From: Moraxella nasovis
Lineage (GTDB): Bacteria; Pseudomonadota; Gammaproteobacteria; Pseudomonadales; Moraxellaceae
DNA: 32,000 nucleotides
Direction: 5' to 3'
NCBI RefSeq assembly: GCF_022701215.1
Contig: NZ_CP089976.1
Coordinates: 900,001-932,000, forward strand
Below the pieces are notes generated by a model. The model ran no database searches and was not told the DNA's origin. It saw only the letters and a program-made list of their open reading frames with translations. Position 1 is the first letter of the stretch. Each line of letters begins with the position of its first letter. Below are positions 1-9,208 of the stretch, one piece after another. A program made the position numbers and the translations under genes.

Positions 1-2575
1 GCTCTATACGCACAATCGCTACATGATCCAACCCAAGTGCACAACGCTTCTCTAAAAGCTCATAATACACCTTGCCACCACAAAGCACAAGACGAGTTAC
101 CTTGCTGTTGTCGATTGAATCAATCTCAGGCAATACCGTCTCAAACTTACCATTTGCTAATTGCTCTAGGCTTGATGTCGCTAACGGATGACGCAGCAAA
201 GATTTTGGCGACATCACAATAAGTGGCTTACGAATCGGGCGTACCGCTTGGCGACGTAAAGCATGGAAAATCTGTGCAGGCGTTGTTGGTGTAATCACTT
301 GCATGTTATCTTCTGCACACAGCTGCAAGAAACGCTCAAGACGAGCAGACGAATGCTCAGGACCTTGACCTTCAAAGCCGTGCGGTAATAACATGGTTAA
401 ACCACACGCACGTTGCCACTTTGTCTCACCACTAGAGATGAACTGATCAATAACAACTTGGGCACCATTAGCAAAGTCACCAAACTGAGCTTCCCAAACG
501 ATCAAGGCATTAGGCACGGTGGTCGCATAACCATATTCAAAAGCAAGCACCGCTTCTTCTGATAATAGCGAGTTATATGTCGCAAAACGTGCCTGATTTT
601 CACTGATGTGTTGCAACGGAATGTAAAGACTGCCGTCTTTTTGGTTATGAAGTTCACTATGGCGATGGCTAAATGTACCACGACCCACGTCTTCGCCTGT
701 GATGCGAACTAGTGTGCCTTCATCAACCAAACTTGCATAAGCTAAAGTTTCTGCTGCACCCCAGTTTAAAAGCTCTTCGCCAGTTTGCATCGCTAAGCGT
801 TGCTCTAGCACTTTACCGACTTGACGCTGAACTTGGAAACCTTCTGGCAGCTCTGCCATTGCTTTACCGTAGGCTTTTAATTTATTAATGTCAACACCAG
901 TCTCCCAATCGTCTTCAAGCTCGTGGCCTAAATAAGGCTGCCAATTCACAAATAAGCTTGTGTCAGGCTCTGTCGCTAGACCACGTGCCACATCTTCACC
1001 ATTATCTAGTGCGATGCGATAGCTGTCTTCGATTTGGTTGTTTTCGTCTTCAGTAATGACGCCTTGGCCAATGAGCTGTTTGGCATATTTAGCTCGAGTC
1101 GTTGGCAGCTTTTTGATAACTTGATACATCAATGGCTGAGTGGCAGATGGTTCATCTGACTCGTTATGCCCATTACGACGATAACAGCAAATATCAAGAA
1201 CGACATCTTTACCAAACTCACGACGGTAATCTAAAACCAACTGCGATGCAAAAACCACCGCTTCAGGATCATCGCCATTGACATGCAGTATAGGGGCTTG
1301 AACCATCTTGGCTACGTCTGTACAGTACTCAGTCGAACGTGCATCATCTACACGAGATGTGGTAAAGCCAACTTGGTTATTAATCACAATATGCACTGTG
1401 CCGCCTGTTTTATAGGCACGAGTTTGTGACATTTGGAATGTTTCTTGGTTTACACCTTGACCTGCAAAGGCAGCATCACCATGCACAACGATAGGCAGGA
1501 CGGTACTGTTGTCAATATCATGACCATAGCCATCTGAACGTCTGGCTTGTCTTGCACGAACAGAACCTAGCATAACAGGAGAAACAATCTCAAGATGTGA
1601 TGGATTATAAGCCAAAGCTAAGTGTAGCTCACCGCCATCAGTATGTACGTTCGACGAAAAACCATTATGGTATTTAACATCGCCAGACCCTGCGGTAGGT
1701 TGCACTTTACCATCAAACTCATCAAACAGCTCAGATGGGTTTTTACCCATGATATTTACAAGTAAGTTTAAGCGTCCACGGTGAGCCATGCCAATCACGA
1801 CTTCTTTGGCACCATAGCTACCCACACGCTGAATCATCTCATGTACAGCAGGGATAAAGCTTTCACCACCTTCTAAGCCAAAACGTTTTACGCCAGTATA
1901 TTTACGAGCCAAATACTTCTCTAGACCTTCGGCTGCCGTCAGACGGTCAAGGATTTCTAATTTTTTATCTTTATCAAAATTGATAAATCCTAAATTTTGC
2001 TCGATGTATTTTTCAAACCATTTTTTCTCTGTTGCGGTAAATACATGCATATACTCATAGCCGATGCTACCGCAATAAATACGTTCACAGATTTCAATGA
2101 TTTCGCTAAGCTTGGCTTCTGACTTACCAATATTCATTAATGTGGTTGGGAATACGGTGTTTAAGTCGCTCTCAGACAAGCCATGATATGCCAAGGTCAA
2201 ATCTTCAACGCCACTACGATCTTGAAGTCCTAGCGGATCGATTTTTGCTTTACGGTGTCCACGGCGACGATAGGCAGAAATCAGCTGCTGTACTGCCATC
2301 TGCTTAGGATCACACTCACCTTGTGTGCTAGCTACTGGACGAGCGTTCGTTTGATTTCGAGCAAGCAGTGCATACTGCTCACGAATCGCACCATGTGGTG
2401 CATCGCCTGCTTGTTCAAATTTGGCAAAATAGTCTTGCCACTCTTCGCTGACGCTTGATTTGTCCGCTAAATAATCTTCATACAGTGCTTCAATATAAGA
2501 CGCACCATCTGCTGTTAATTCGGTGCTTTGATATGCCACCGTATCTTTACTGGTTTTTGTCATGATGATTGCCAT
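1..2575 (-). CDS. sucA: 2-oxoglutarate dehydrogenase E1 component, 5' part (about 858 codons); the C-terminus runs off the left edge of the window
   Basis: Absent from the ORF track because the frame stays open to position 1. My translation from the ATG at 2575-2573 reads MAIIMTKTSKDTVAYQSTELTADGASYIEALYEDYLADKSSVSEEWQDYFAKFEQAGD..QLISAYRRRGHRKAKIDPLGL, matching the SucA N-terminus (..QLYEDFL.DP.SV...W..YF and the AYR.RGH..A..DPL motif). It lies downstream of sdhCDAB on the same strand, as in the classic sdh-suc cluster. The start could instead be the ATG at 2563. Confidence 0.9.
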   Translation of the reverse strand, partial: MAIIMTKTSKDTVAYQSTELTADGASYIEALYEDYLADKSSVSEEWQDYFAKFEQAGDAPHGAIREQYALLARNQTNARPVASTQGECDPKQMAVQQLISAYRRRGHRKAKIDPLGLQDRSGVEDLTLAYHGLSESDLNTVFPTTLMNIGKSEAKLSEIIEICERIYCGSIGYEYMHVFTATEKKWFEKYIEQNLGFINFDKDKKLEILDRLTAAEGLEKYLARKYTGVKRFGLEGGESFIPAVHEMIQRVGSYGAKEVVIGMAHRGRLNLLVNIMGKNPSELFDEFDGKVQPTAGSGDVKYHNGFSSNVHTDGGELHLALAYNPSHLEIVSPVMLGSVRARQARRSDGYGHDIDNSTVLPIVVHGDAAFAGQGVNQETFQMSQTRAYKTGGTVHIVINNQVGFTTSRVDDARSTEYCTDVAKMVQAPILHVNGDDPEAVVFASQLVLDYRREFGKDVVLDICCYRRNGHNESDEPSATQPLMYQVIKKLPTTRAKYAKQLIGQGVITEDENNQIEDSYRIALDNGEDVARGLATEPDTSLFVNWQPYLGHELEDDWETGVDINKLKAYGKAMAELPEGFQVQRQVGKVLEQRLAMQTGEELLNWGAAETLAYASLVDEGTLVRITGEDVGRGTFSHRHSELHNQKDGSLYIPLQHISENQARFATYNSLLSEEAVLAFEYGYATTVPNALIVWEAQFGDFANGAQVVIDQFISSGETKWQRACGLTMLLPHGFEGQGPEHSSARLERFLQLCAEDNMQVITPTTPAQIFHALRRQAVRPIRKPLIVMSPKSLLRHPLATSSLEQLANGKFETVLPEIDSIDNSKVTRLVLCGGKVYYELLEKRCALGLDHVAIVRIE

Positions 2576-2854
2576 TTTTTAGTGAATTTAGATTGTATAA
2601 ATTAGAACAATCGTTAACCCATTGCATAACACATACGCATAGTTGTATAGTTTACGCCATTTAAGATAAGATAACAAGTTGTAATCTTTTTAAAAAATCA
2701 TTGGGCTTAAAAATTGATATAAATTACACCAAAATACCCAGTTGCATAGGTCTTTTTTAAAATTTTATCACAAGATGCCTGTAAAAATAACAGTTAGTGC
2801 ACATAAGAGTAATACTTTATAAATATTCATTTGTTATCTTAATGACACACTCAA

Positions 2855-3475
2855 ATGCTAAAGAAAATTATGAACATCAATACATTGTATGACATCCGAG
2901 AAAAACGTCGCTCCATTTATCATTTAGGCAATAATCTGCCCGTGGATAACACTGACATTAAAAAAATTATTGAGCACGCTGTTTTACACACCCCATCGGC
3001 TTTCAATTCTCAATCTACACGCCTTGTGGTATTGTTTGGCGATGAACACAAAAAACTTTGGTCATTAACCGAGATGGAGCTACGCAAAATCGTTCCTGCT
3101 GAGAAATTCAAATCCACCGAACAAAAGCTAAACGGCTTTAAAAATGGAGCAGGGACGGTGTTATTTTTTGAAGACACAGACATTGTTAAAAGATTACAAG
3201 AGCAGTTTCCCACCTATGCTGACAACTTCCCAACTTGGTCAGAGCATACCAATGCCATGCACCAATACGCTATTTGGACTGCACTTACCGCTGTTGACGT
3301 GGGAGCAAATTTACAACACTACAACCCCATCATTGATGATGAAGTTGCAAAAACATGGAACGTACCAAAAACTTACAAATTAATGGCACAGCTTGTATTT
3401 GGCAGTGTTCAAAGCCCTGCAAGCGACAAAGAATTTACTCCACTTAAAGAACGCATTCGTTATGTTGGCATCTAA
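2855..3475 (+). CDS. Nitroreductase-family (FMN-dependent NAD(P)H oxidoreductase-like) protein, 206 aa
   Basis: The ORF-track protein has the nitroreductase-fold signature region (R(R)SIY.. near the N-terminus, HAVLHTPSAFNSQSTRLVVL, ...NLQHYNP...). It is followed by a terminator. An alternative start lies at 2870 (MNINTLY). Confidence 0.8.
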   Translation: MLKKIMNINTLYDIREKRRSIYHLGNNLPVDNTDIKKIIEHAVLHTPSAFNSQSTRLVVLFGDEHKKLWSLTEMELRKIVPAEKFKSTEQKLNGFKNGAGTVLFFEDTDIVKRLQEQFPTYADNFPTWSEHTNAMHQYAIWTALTAVDVGANLQHYNPIIDDEVAKTWNVPKTYKLMAQLVFGSVQSPASDKEFTPLKERIRYVGI

Positions 3476-3510
3476 CGCTTTACTTTATAAAATTAAATCA
3501 AATTAACGTA

Positions 3511-3539
3511 AAAGCACCGCTATAAAGGCGGTGTTTTTA
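3511..3539 (+). terminator. Rho-independent terminator of the nitroreductase gene
   Basis: CACCGC(3515-3520)/GCGGTG(3528-3533) stem with a 7-nt loop, followed by TTTTT. Confidence 0.7.
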
Positions 3540-3758
3540 TTTATTAAATAAGTTCAATTACTTCATTAATCGTATAATTAGCTTTACTTTTACCCACTTC
3601 AAAAATTTAAGCGGTTATACATCGCCTTTAGCATGAATAATGTGTATCATCATCATACTGATTAGCAGCATTGCAATCTTATACAAAAGATTCAATTTAT
3701 TCTCCCAACAAATACATCGTTAATACTCATTGACGTAGCAAATTAATCTGCTTTGCAA

Positions 3759-3796
3759 CAAAAAACCGCCTGCATATTTTGCAAGCGGTTTTTTGT
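3759..3796 (-). terminator. Rho-independent terminator downstream of sdhB (A-tract/T-tract on both sides, potentially bidirectional)
   Basis: AACCGCCTGC...GCAAGCGGTT stem with one mismatch, flanked by AAAAAA and TTTTTT. It starts 8 nt after the sdhB stop codon. Confidence 0.7.
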
Positions 3797-3803
3797 GATA
3801 AGC

Positions 3804-4514
3804 TTAGGCACCGACATCAAGTAACATATTACGGATGTGACCAATAGCACGAGTTGGGTTTAGTCCTTTTGGACAAACGCTTACGCAGTTCATAATGCCA
3901 CGGCAACGGAACAAGCTAAACGGATCATCAAGACGTGATAGACGTGCTTGAGTGTCCGTATCACGGCTATCAATGATAAAACGATAGCCGTTCAGCAAGG
4001 CTGATGGACCTAAGAACTTATCAGGATTCCACCAAAATGACGGACAAGACGTTGAACAGCAAGCACATAAGATACATTCATACAGACCGTTTAGTTTTTC
4101 ACGATCCGCTTGCGACTGCAAACGCTCTTTAGGTGGTGCTGGCTGATCGTTGATTAAAAATGGATGAACTTTTTCATATTGAGCATAAAATTGGTTCATA
4201 TCCACCACCAAATCCTTAATCACAGGCAAGCCTGGTAATGGACGGATGATGATTTTTTCTGGCAAAGTATTCATGTTGATTAGACATGCCAAGCCATTTC
4301 TACCATTGACATTCATACCATCAGAGCCACAAATACCTTCACGGCATGAGCGGCGGAATGTCAATGATTCATCTTGTTTCTTTAGGCGTAATAGCACATC
4401 TAAGAGCATACGATCAGAATCAAGCAGCTCAATCGTATAAGTCTGCATGCGAGGTGCTGCGTCCTTATCAGGATCATAGCGATAGATTTCAATGGTGCGA
4501 GTTCCACGACTCAT
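3804..4514 (-). CDS. sdhB: Succinate dehydrogenase iron-sulfur subunit
   Basis: Cys clusters typical of SdhB are present (CREGICGSDGMNVNG; CILCACCSTSCP; CRGIMNCVSVCPKG). I place the start at MSRGTRTIEIYRY (ATG 4514) because TGGAGT lies 8 nt upstream. The track ORF extends to 4556 through the intergenic hairpin. Confidence 0.93.
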   Translation of the reverse strand: MSRGTRTIEIYRYDPDKDAAPRMQTYTIELLDSDRMLLDVLLRLKKQDESLTFRRSCREGICGSDGMNVNGRNGLACLINMNTLPEKIIIRPLPGLPVIKDLVVDMNQFYAQYEKVHPFLINDQPAPPKERLQSQADREKLNGLYECILCACCSTSCPSFWWNPDKFLGPSALLNGYRFIIDSRDTDTQARLSRLDDPFSLFRCRGIMNCVSVCPKGLNPTRAIGHIRNMLLDVGA

Positions 4515-4531
4515 AATTTTACTCCAATTGG

Positions 4532-4560
4532 TTGAGTGCATGCCAAAGCCATGCACTCAA
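4532..4560 (-). other. Perfect 11-bp stem / 7-nt loop hairpin in the sdhA-sdhB intercistronic spacer
   Basis: TTGAGTGCATG (4532-4542) and CATGCACTCAA (4550-4560) are exact reverse complements. The hairpin sits between the sdhA stop (4576) and the sdhB SD/start (4514). Confidence 0.6.
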
Positions 4561-4575
4561 AATTTATTTGACAAA

Positions 4576-6423
4576 TTAGAACGTACGAACACGTGGCTCG
4601 CAATACTCAACTGTAAGTGGTGACTTACGCACAGGCTTATAGATGATACGGTTACCTTCTGAGTACCATAAAGTGTGCTTCATCCACTCATGGTCATTAC
4701 GTCCCAGTGGTGCATATTCATCCGTCTCATCACGCTCATAATCAAGCACACTGTGTGCTCCACGGCATTCGTGACGTAGGGCAGCTGATAGCATGGTCGC
4801 CTTAGCAACTTCATAAAGATTTGCTACTTCTAGTGCTTCAATACGAGCTGTGTTAAATACAGCTGACTTGTCTTGTAGATGAATGTTATTTACTTTATCA
4901 GCCAACGCCAAAATCTTCTCACGACCTTCATCCATCAACGCTTGGGTGCGAAATACGCCAGCGTGGGCTTGCATGACTTCACGGATTTCATCTGCCACGT
5001 CTTGGGCGTTGTAGCCGTCAGTTGAATTTTGCAGTTTATCAAGGCGGGCTTGAGTAAAGTCAAGCACACGTGGGTTCATTGGCTTATAGGTGTGGTCATT
5101 TTGGTGGAATTCATCAATGATGTGCTGACCTGCCGCACGACCAAATACCACTAAATCAAGTAGTGAGTTCGTACCCAAGCGATTAGCACCATGCACAGAT
5201 ACGCACGCACATTCGCCGATGGCATACAGACCTTTCACCACACGACCTTCGGTGTATAGTCCTTGCTCATCTACATTACCATCAAGCACAGGCACGGTTA
5301 CTTGCCCATGGATATTGGTTGGAATGCCGCCCATCATATAGTGAATGGTTGGCACAACTGGCACAGGCTCTTTGGTGATGTCCACATTGGCAAAGTTATG
5401 GCTAATCTCAAACACCGATGGCAGACGCTTCATAATGCCTTCATGCCCTAGATGCGTCATGTCCATCACGATATAATCGCCGTTAGGACCACAGCCACGG
5501 CCTTCTTTGATTTCTTGGTCCATAGAACGAGAAACGAAATCTCGTGGGGCTAAGTCTTTTAAGGTGGGGGCATAACGCTCCATAAAGGCTTCGCCATTTT
5601 TATTACGTAAAATCGCCCCTTCGCCACGACAGCCTTCGGTCAATAGTACGCCTGCCCCTGCCACGCCTGTTGGGTGAAATTGCCAAAACTCCATGTCTTG
5701 TAGCGGAATGCCTGCACGCACTGCCATACCCAGACCATCGCCTGTATTGATATAAGCGTTGGTAGATGCTTTAAAGATACGCCCTGCCCCACCTGTAGCA
5801 AGCACGGTGGTTGGTGCTTGGAATACTGATATATTGCCTGTCTCTTGGTCAAGTGCAATTACGCCATTAATATTGCCGTCTGCATCTTTGATTAAATCAA
5901 GAGCAATCCATTCCACAAAAAACTGCGTGCCTTTTTCAAGGTTTTTTTGGTACAGCGTGTGAAGTAGGGCGTGTCCTGTACGGTCAGCTGCCGCACACGC
6001 ACGTGGTACAGGTTTTTCGCCATAGTTGGCAGAGTGTCCGCCAAATGGACGCTGATAAATCGTACCATCAGCGTTACGGTCAAAAGGCATGCCCATGTGT
6101 TCTAGCTCATAGACCACTTTTGGTGCTTCACGGCACATGTACTCAATGGCATCTTGGTCACCCAGCCAGTCAGAGCCTTTGACCGTGTCATAAAAGTGAA
6201 AGTGCCAGTTGTCTTCGCTCATGTTGCCAAGACTTGCACCGATACCACCTTGGGCTGCAACCGTATGGCTGCGAGTTGGGAAAACTTTGGTCAATACCGC
6301 AACCTTCATACCGCCTTCAACCAACTGCAATGATGCACGCATACCTGAACCACCGCCACCAACGATGACAGCGTCAAAATTTAAGGTAGGAATGTTATTA
6401 ATTTTTTCTTCTAATAAAGCCAT
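4576..6423 (-). CDS. sdhA: Succinate dehydrogenase flavoprotein subunit
   Basis: 615 aa. N-terminal FAD fold DAVIVGGGGSGMRA, the RSHTVAAQGG covalent-FAD histidine region and the HPTG / RGEG motifs are present. Confidence 0.96.
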   Translation of the reverse strand: MALLEEKINNIPTLNFDAVIVGGGGSGMRASLQLVEGGMKVAVLTKVFPTRSHTVAAQGGIGASLGNMSEDNWHFHFYDTVKGSDWLGDQDAIEYMCREAPKVVYELEHMGMPFDRNADGTIYQRPFGGHSANYGEKPVPRACAAADRTGHALLHTLYQKNLEKGTQFFVEWIALDLIKDADGNINGVIALDQETGNISVFQAPTTVLATGGAGRIFKASTNAYINTGDGLGMAVRAGIPLQDMEFWQFHPTGVAGAGVLLTEGCRGEGAILRNKNGEAFMERYAPTLKDLAPRDFVSRSMDQEIKEGRGCGPNGDYIVMDMTHLGHEGIMKRLPSVFEISHNFANVDITKEPVPVVPTIHYMMGGIPTNIHGQVTVPVLDGNVDEQGLYTEGRVVKGLYAIGECACVSVHGANRLGTNSLLDLVVFGRAAGQHIIDEFHQNDHTYKPMNPRVLDFTQARLDKLQNSTDGYNAQDVADEIREVMQAHAGVFRTQALMDEGREKILALADKVNNIHLQDKSAVFNTARIEALEVANLYEVAKATMLSAALRHECRGAHSVLDYERDETDEYAPLGRNDHEWMKHTLWYSEGNRIIYKPVRKSPLTVEYCEPRVRTF

Positions 6424-6472
6424 GATAAATCCTTGCTTTTATAAAATGAACTTAGCGACAATGAATGGTTAT

Positions 6473-6829
6473 TTACCAAAAAATCATCACGCCCCAGAAC
6501 AAATACACCAAAATCGCAACAATCACGGCAGATTGTAGCACCATACGCACACCGCCTGATTTAACGTAATCAGTGAACACTGTCCACATACCCACCCATG
6601 CGTGAAATACGAGCGATAAAATCGCAACAAGGGTGAACAGCTTCATTGGCAAGCTCATCATAAAGCCGTAAAATACCTGATAATCAACGGTATTAAATAG
6701 GAAAAATCCCACCAAAACCACTGCATATACAGCAAGCACCACAGCACTGATACGTTGCAAAACCCAATCACGAGAGCCTGAACCTGTCAGACCTGTCGCA
6801 CTTTTAATACCTGAATTATTTCTTTTCAT
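6473..6829 (-). CDS. sdhD: Succinate dehydrogenase hydrophobic membrane anchor subunit
   Basis: Small 3-TM protein between sdhC and sdhA. The start is chosen at MKRNNSG (ATG 6829-6827), which overlaps the sdhC stop as TAATG. The track ORF extends to 6844. Confidence 0.85.
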   Translation of the reverse strand: MKRNNSGIKSATGLTGSGSRDWVLQRISAVVLAVYAVVLVGFFLFNTVDYQVFYGFMMSLPMKLFTLVAILSLVFHAWVGMWTVFTDYVKSGGVRMVLQSAVIVAILVYLFWGVMIFW

Positions 6830-7209
6830 TAGAACATCACCCATACAAACGATGCGACAATAAGCACAGCAGCGATAATAAAGCTAATTACTGCAGCTGT
6901 TTTGCCTGATTTAAATTCTTCATTCATGCCCATATCAGCAAGCAAGTGTTTTATCCCCATCACAAAGTGGTAGGCGGTCGCTGCCACAAAAATCCACGCT
7001 ACAAAACGTAAAAATCCATTATGAGCAACACTTTCAAAACCTTCAACTGATGAGAGTGAAGTTTGCAAAATGCACAGCATAACAGGCACGAGCAAAAACA
7101 GCACGATGCCAGAAATACGGTGTAAGATAGAAGCCATCGCAATCGGTGACTTTGAGTTCACTGCGATTACTTGGCTTAAGGGTAAATTAACTGGTCTATT
7201 GCTTTTCAC
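6829..7209 (-). CDS. sdhC: Succinate dehydrogenase cytochrome b556 subunit
   Basis: 126-aa 3-TM protein at the first position of the sdhCDAB operon, divergent from gltA. Confidence 0.85.
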   Translation of the reverse strand: MKSNRPVNLPLSQVIAVNSKSPIAMASILHRISGIVLFLLVPVMLCILQTSLSSVEGFESVAHNGFLRFVAWIFVAATAYHFVMGIKHLLADMGMNEEFKSGKTAAVISFIIAAVLIVASFVWVMF

Positions 7210-7593
7210 AGCGGGCGTCCTTATCTGATTTCGCCGTCAACTTACGGCAAGGAGAGCTGGCTGATAGTGTCTGTAGTCTATGCCACAGATCACAGCGAGC
7301 ATTACATGATATATAATGATTCATAAACAATCACCACAAAGCAAATGACCTTTCAATGCTTTGCTGATTATTGATGAATTTCGTTGCTAAAATAGATGAA
7401 TTATAAAACGCTTGGGGAAATTTTACAAACAAAAAACCGTATTTTTGCAAAATTAGTGTGATATTTTGACAAATATGGCATTTTAGATATTGTGACACTG
7501 TTATTAATGATAATTTTTATCAATAACTACATGATTTTAGCCAAGATTTTTTATTCATTTAAAATGGTTATTCTTAATTTTTAGTAAAAATGC

Positions 7594-7622
7594 TTGTAAG
7601 TTTGAGAAAGTTTTTGTATCAT
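7594..7622 (+). promoter_or_regulatory. Candidate sigma70 promoter for gltA
   Basis: TTGTAA (7594-7599), 17-nt spacer, TATCAT (7617-7622). This would give a leader of about 200 nt. Prediction from sequence only. Confidence 0.35.
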
Positions 7623-7827
7623 CAACATGCTAGCTTAATTACTTATGATAATTTATGATAAGTAGGGTATCGAAAAGCAAAACAAGGATGTCGCATTTTG
7701 CCATAAGGAAGTAAAGTAAATGCGATTCAAATCGTTTCTTTTTTTGTCAGGTCATTTTTAAGTTTGTTATGGATAACGTCACTTTGACTTGTTAAGAAGA
7801 ACGCAACCAACCATCAAGAGGTTTATT

Positions 7828-9105
7828 ATGTCAAAACAAGTGAAATTAGTCGTTGACGGCACAGAATATGAAATGCCAGTATTAGAAAGCTCGCTTGGCC
7901 GTCCTGTTCTAGACATCAGTGCGGTCGCTAAAGCAGGTCTATGGAGCTATGATCCAGGCTTTATGGCAACTGCCCCTGTCGAATCTGCACTAACCTACAT
8001 CGATGGCGAAAAAGGCGAGCTACTACACCGTGGCTATGCCATTGACGACTTAGCCGACAACGCTGATTATTTAGAAGTTTGTTATGCTCTTCTTTATGGT
8101 GATCTACCAACAAAAGAACAAAAAGAAAAATTCTATGCACGCATTGATGAGCATATGGCGGTTCATGACCAACTACGCAAATTCTTTGAAGGTTTCCGTC
8201 GTGATGCCCACCCAATGGCAATTATGGTTGGTGTATCAGGTGCATTATCAGCATTCTACCACAACCATCTAGACATCTCTGATCCGAATCATCGTGATGA
8301 TACAGCAGTAGATCTAATCGCTAAGATGCCAACGCTTGCTGCAATGAGCTATAAATACTCTATCGGAGAGCCGTTCGTATATCCACGCAAAGACTTCAGC
8401 TATGCTGAAAACTTCCTATACATGATGTTTTCAACACCTGGCGATGTAAATTATAAGCCAAACCCAGTACTGGTTAAGGCGATGGATAAAATCTTTACTT
8501 TGCACGCTGACCACGAACAAAACGCTTCAACTTCTACCGTTCGTCTAGCTGGCTCAACAGGTGCTAACCCATATGCGTGTATCGCAGCAGGTATCGTAGC
8601 CCTATGGGGACCATCTCACGGTGGTGCTAACGAAGCGGTACTAACCATGCTTGATGAGATCGGCTCAGTTGAGAATGTCGCCCCATTCATGGAAAAAGTA
8701 AAAACCAAAGAAGCTAAGCTTATGGGCTTTGGCCACCGTGTGTACAAGAACTTCGACCCACGTGCTAAAGTTATGAAAGAGACTTGTGATGAGGTTTTAG
8801 GCGCTCTTGGTATTAACGATCCTAAGTTACAGCTTGCTATGGAGCTTGAGAAGATTGCTCTATCTGATCAATACTTCATCGATCGTAAGCTATATCCGAA
8901 TGTGGATTTCTACTCTGGCATCATTCTAAAAGCAATCGGTATCCCAACATCTATGTTTACCGTAATCTTTGCCCTAGCACGTACAGCAGGCTGGATTGCT
9001 CACTGGACAGAAATGCACTCAGAACCATTTAAAATCGGTCGTCCACGTCAGCGTTATATTGGCGAAAAACACCGTGAATTTGTTAAAATTGAAGACCGTA
9101 AATAA
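7828..9105 (+). CDS. gltA: Citrate synthase (type II, hexameric class)
   Basis: [20 protein letters not shown]... with [14 protein letters not shown] and [11 protein letters not shown] catalytic motifs. The start at 7828 is preceded by AGAGG. The track TTG extension from 7789 is rejected. Confidence 0.96.
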   Translation: MSKQVKLVVDGTEYEMPVLESSLGRPVLDISAVAKAGLWSYDPGFMATAPVESALTYIDGEKGELLHRGYAIDDLADNADYLEVCYALLYGDLPTKEQKEKFYARIDEHMAVHDQLRKFFEGFRRDAHPMAIMVGVSGALSAFYHNHLDISDPNHRDDTAVDLIAKMPTLAAMSYKYSIGEPFVYPRKDFSYAENFLYMMFSTPGDVNYKPNPVLVKAMDKIFTLHADHEQNASTSTVRLAGSTGANPYACIAAGIVALWGPSHGGANEAVLTMLDEIGSVENVAPFMEKVKTKEAKLMGFGHRVYKNFDPRAKVMKETCDEVLGALGINDPKLQLAMELEKIALSDQYFIDRKLYPNVDFYSGIILKAIGIPTSMFTVIFALARTAGWIAHWTEMHSEPFKIGRPRQRYIGEKHREFVKIEDRK

Positions 9106-9116
9106 TCCCATTAAAC

Positions 9117-9146
9117 ATCCCCAAGCCTGTCTTGGGGATTTTTTTA
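9117..9146 (+). terminator. gltA rho-independent terminator
   Basis: ATCCCCAAG / CTTGGGGAT stem with loop CCTGT, followed by TTTTTTT. Confidence 0.8.
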
Positions 9147-9153
9147 GCTTAAT

Positions 9154-9184
9154 AAAAAGCCAAACTTATAAAGTTTGGCTTTTT
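9154..9184. terminator. Bidirectional terminator between convergent gltA and tex
   Basis: AAAAAGCCAAACTT-ATA-AAGTTTGGCTTTTT: a perfect 14-bp palindromic stem with an A-tract and a T-tract. Confidence 0.8.
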
Positions 9185-9208
9185 TGGCTTGGGTGGGTAG
9201 ATAAGCAT

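Noticed and set aside
3643-3662. TGTATCATCATCATACTG here, and TGTATCATCA at 7615-7624, resembling the left half of the trpR/trpE conserved element.
   Set aside because: Only the TATCAT (-10-like) part recurs. The CTAGAACA half is missing, and at 7615 it fits a normal -35/-10 promoter for gltA. This is probably generic promoter-like sequence rather than additional TrpR-type sites.
5263-6538. Several 60-110 aa ORFs on both strands inside sdhA (5263-5451, 5640-5858, 5759-5962, 5892-6083, 6209-6538). Similar nested ORFs lie inside sucA (37-222, 2255-2458), gltA, tex, ompR, pepA, trpE, ettA and others.
   Set aside because: All lie within, or antisense to, long CDSs with unmistakable homology. They have no independent RBS or family signal and are shadow ORFs.
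7643-7662. TTATGATAATTTATGATAAG as a Fur box.
   Set aside because: It contains GATAAT/GATAAG hexamers but lacks the inverted CATTATC third hexamer and the 19-bp consensus spacing. It is reported only as a direct repeat within the gltA-sdhC region finding.
7789-7827. Non-ATG N-terminal extensions in the ORF track: gltA from 7789, sdhB to 4556, pepA from 15084, ompR from 11868, yigZ to 23961, lipoprotein from 26767, trpR to 21985.
   Set aside because: In each case an internal ATG with a better Shine-Dalgarno sequence aligns with the conserved N-terminus of the family. Several extensions also run through terminators, hairpins or predicted -10 elements.
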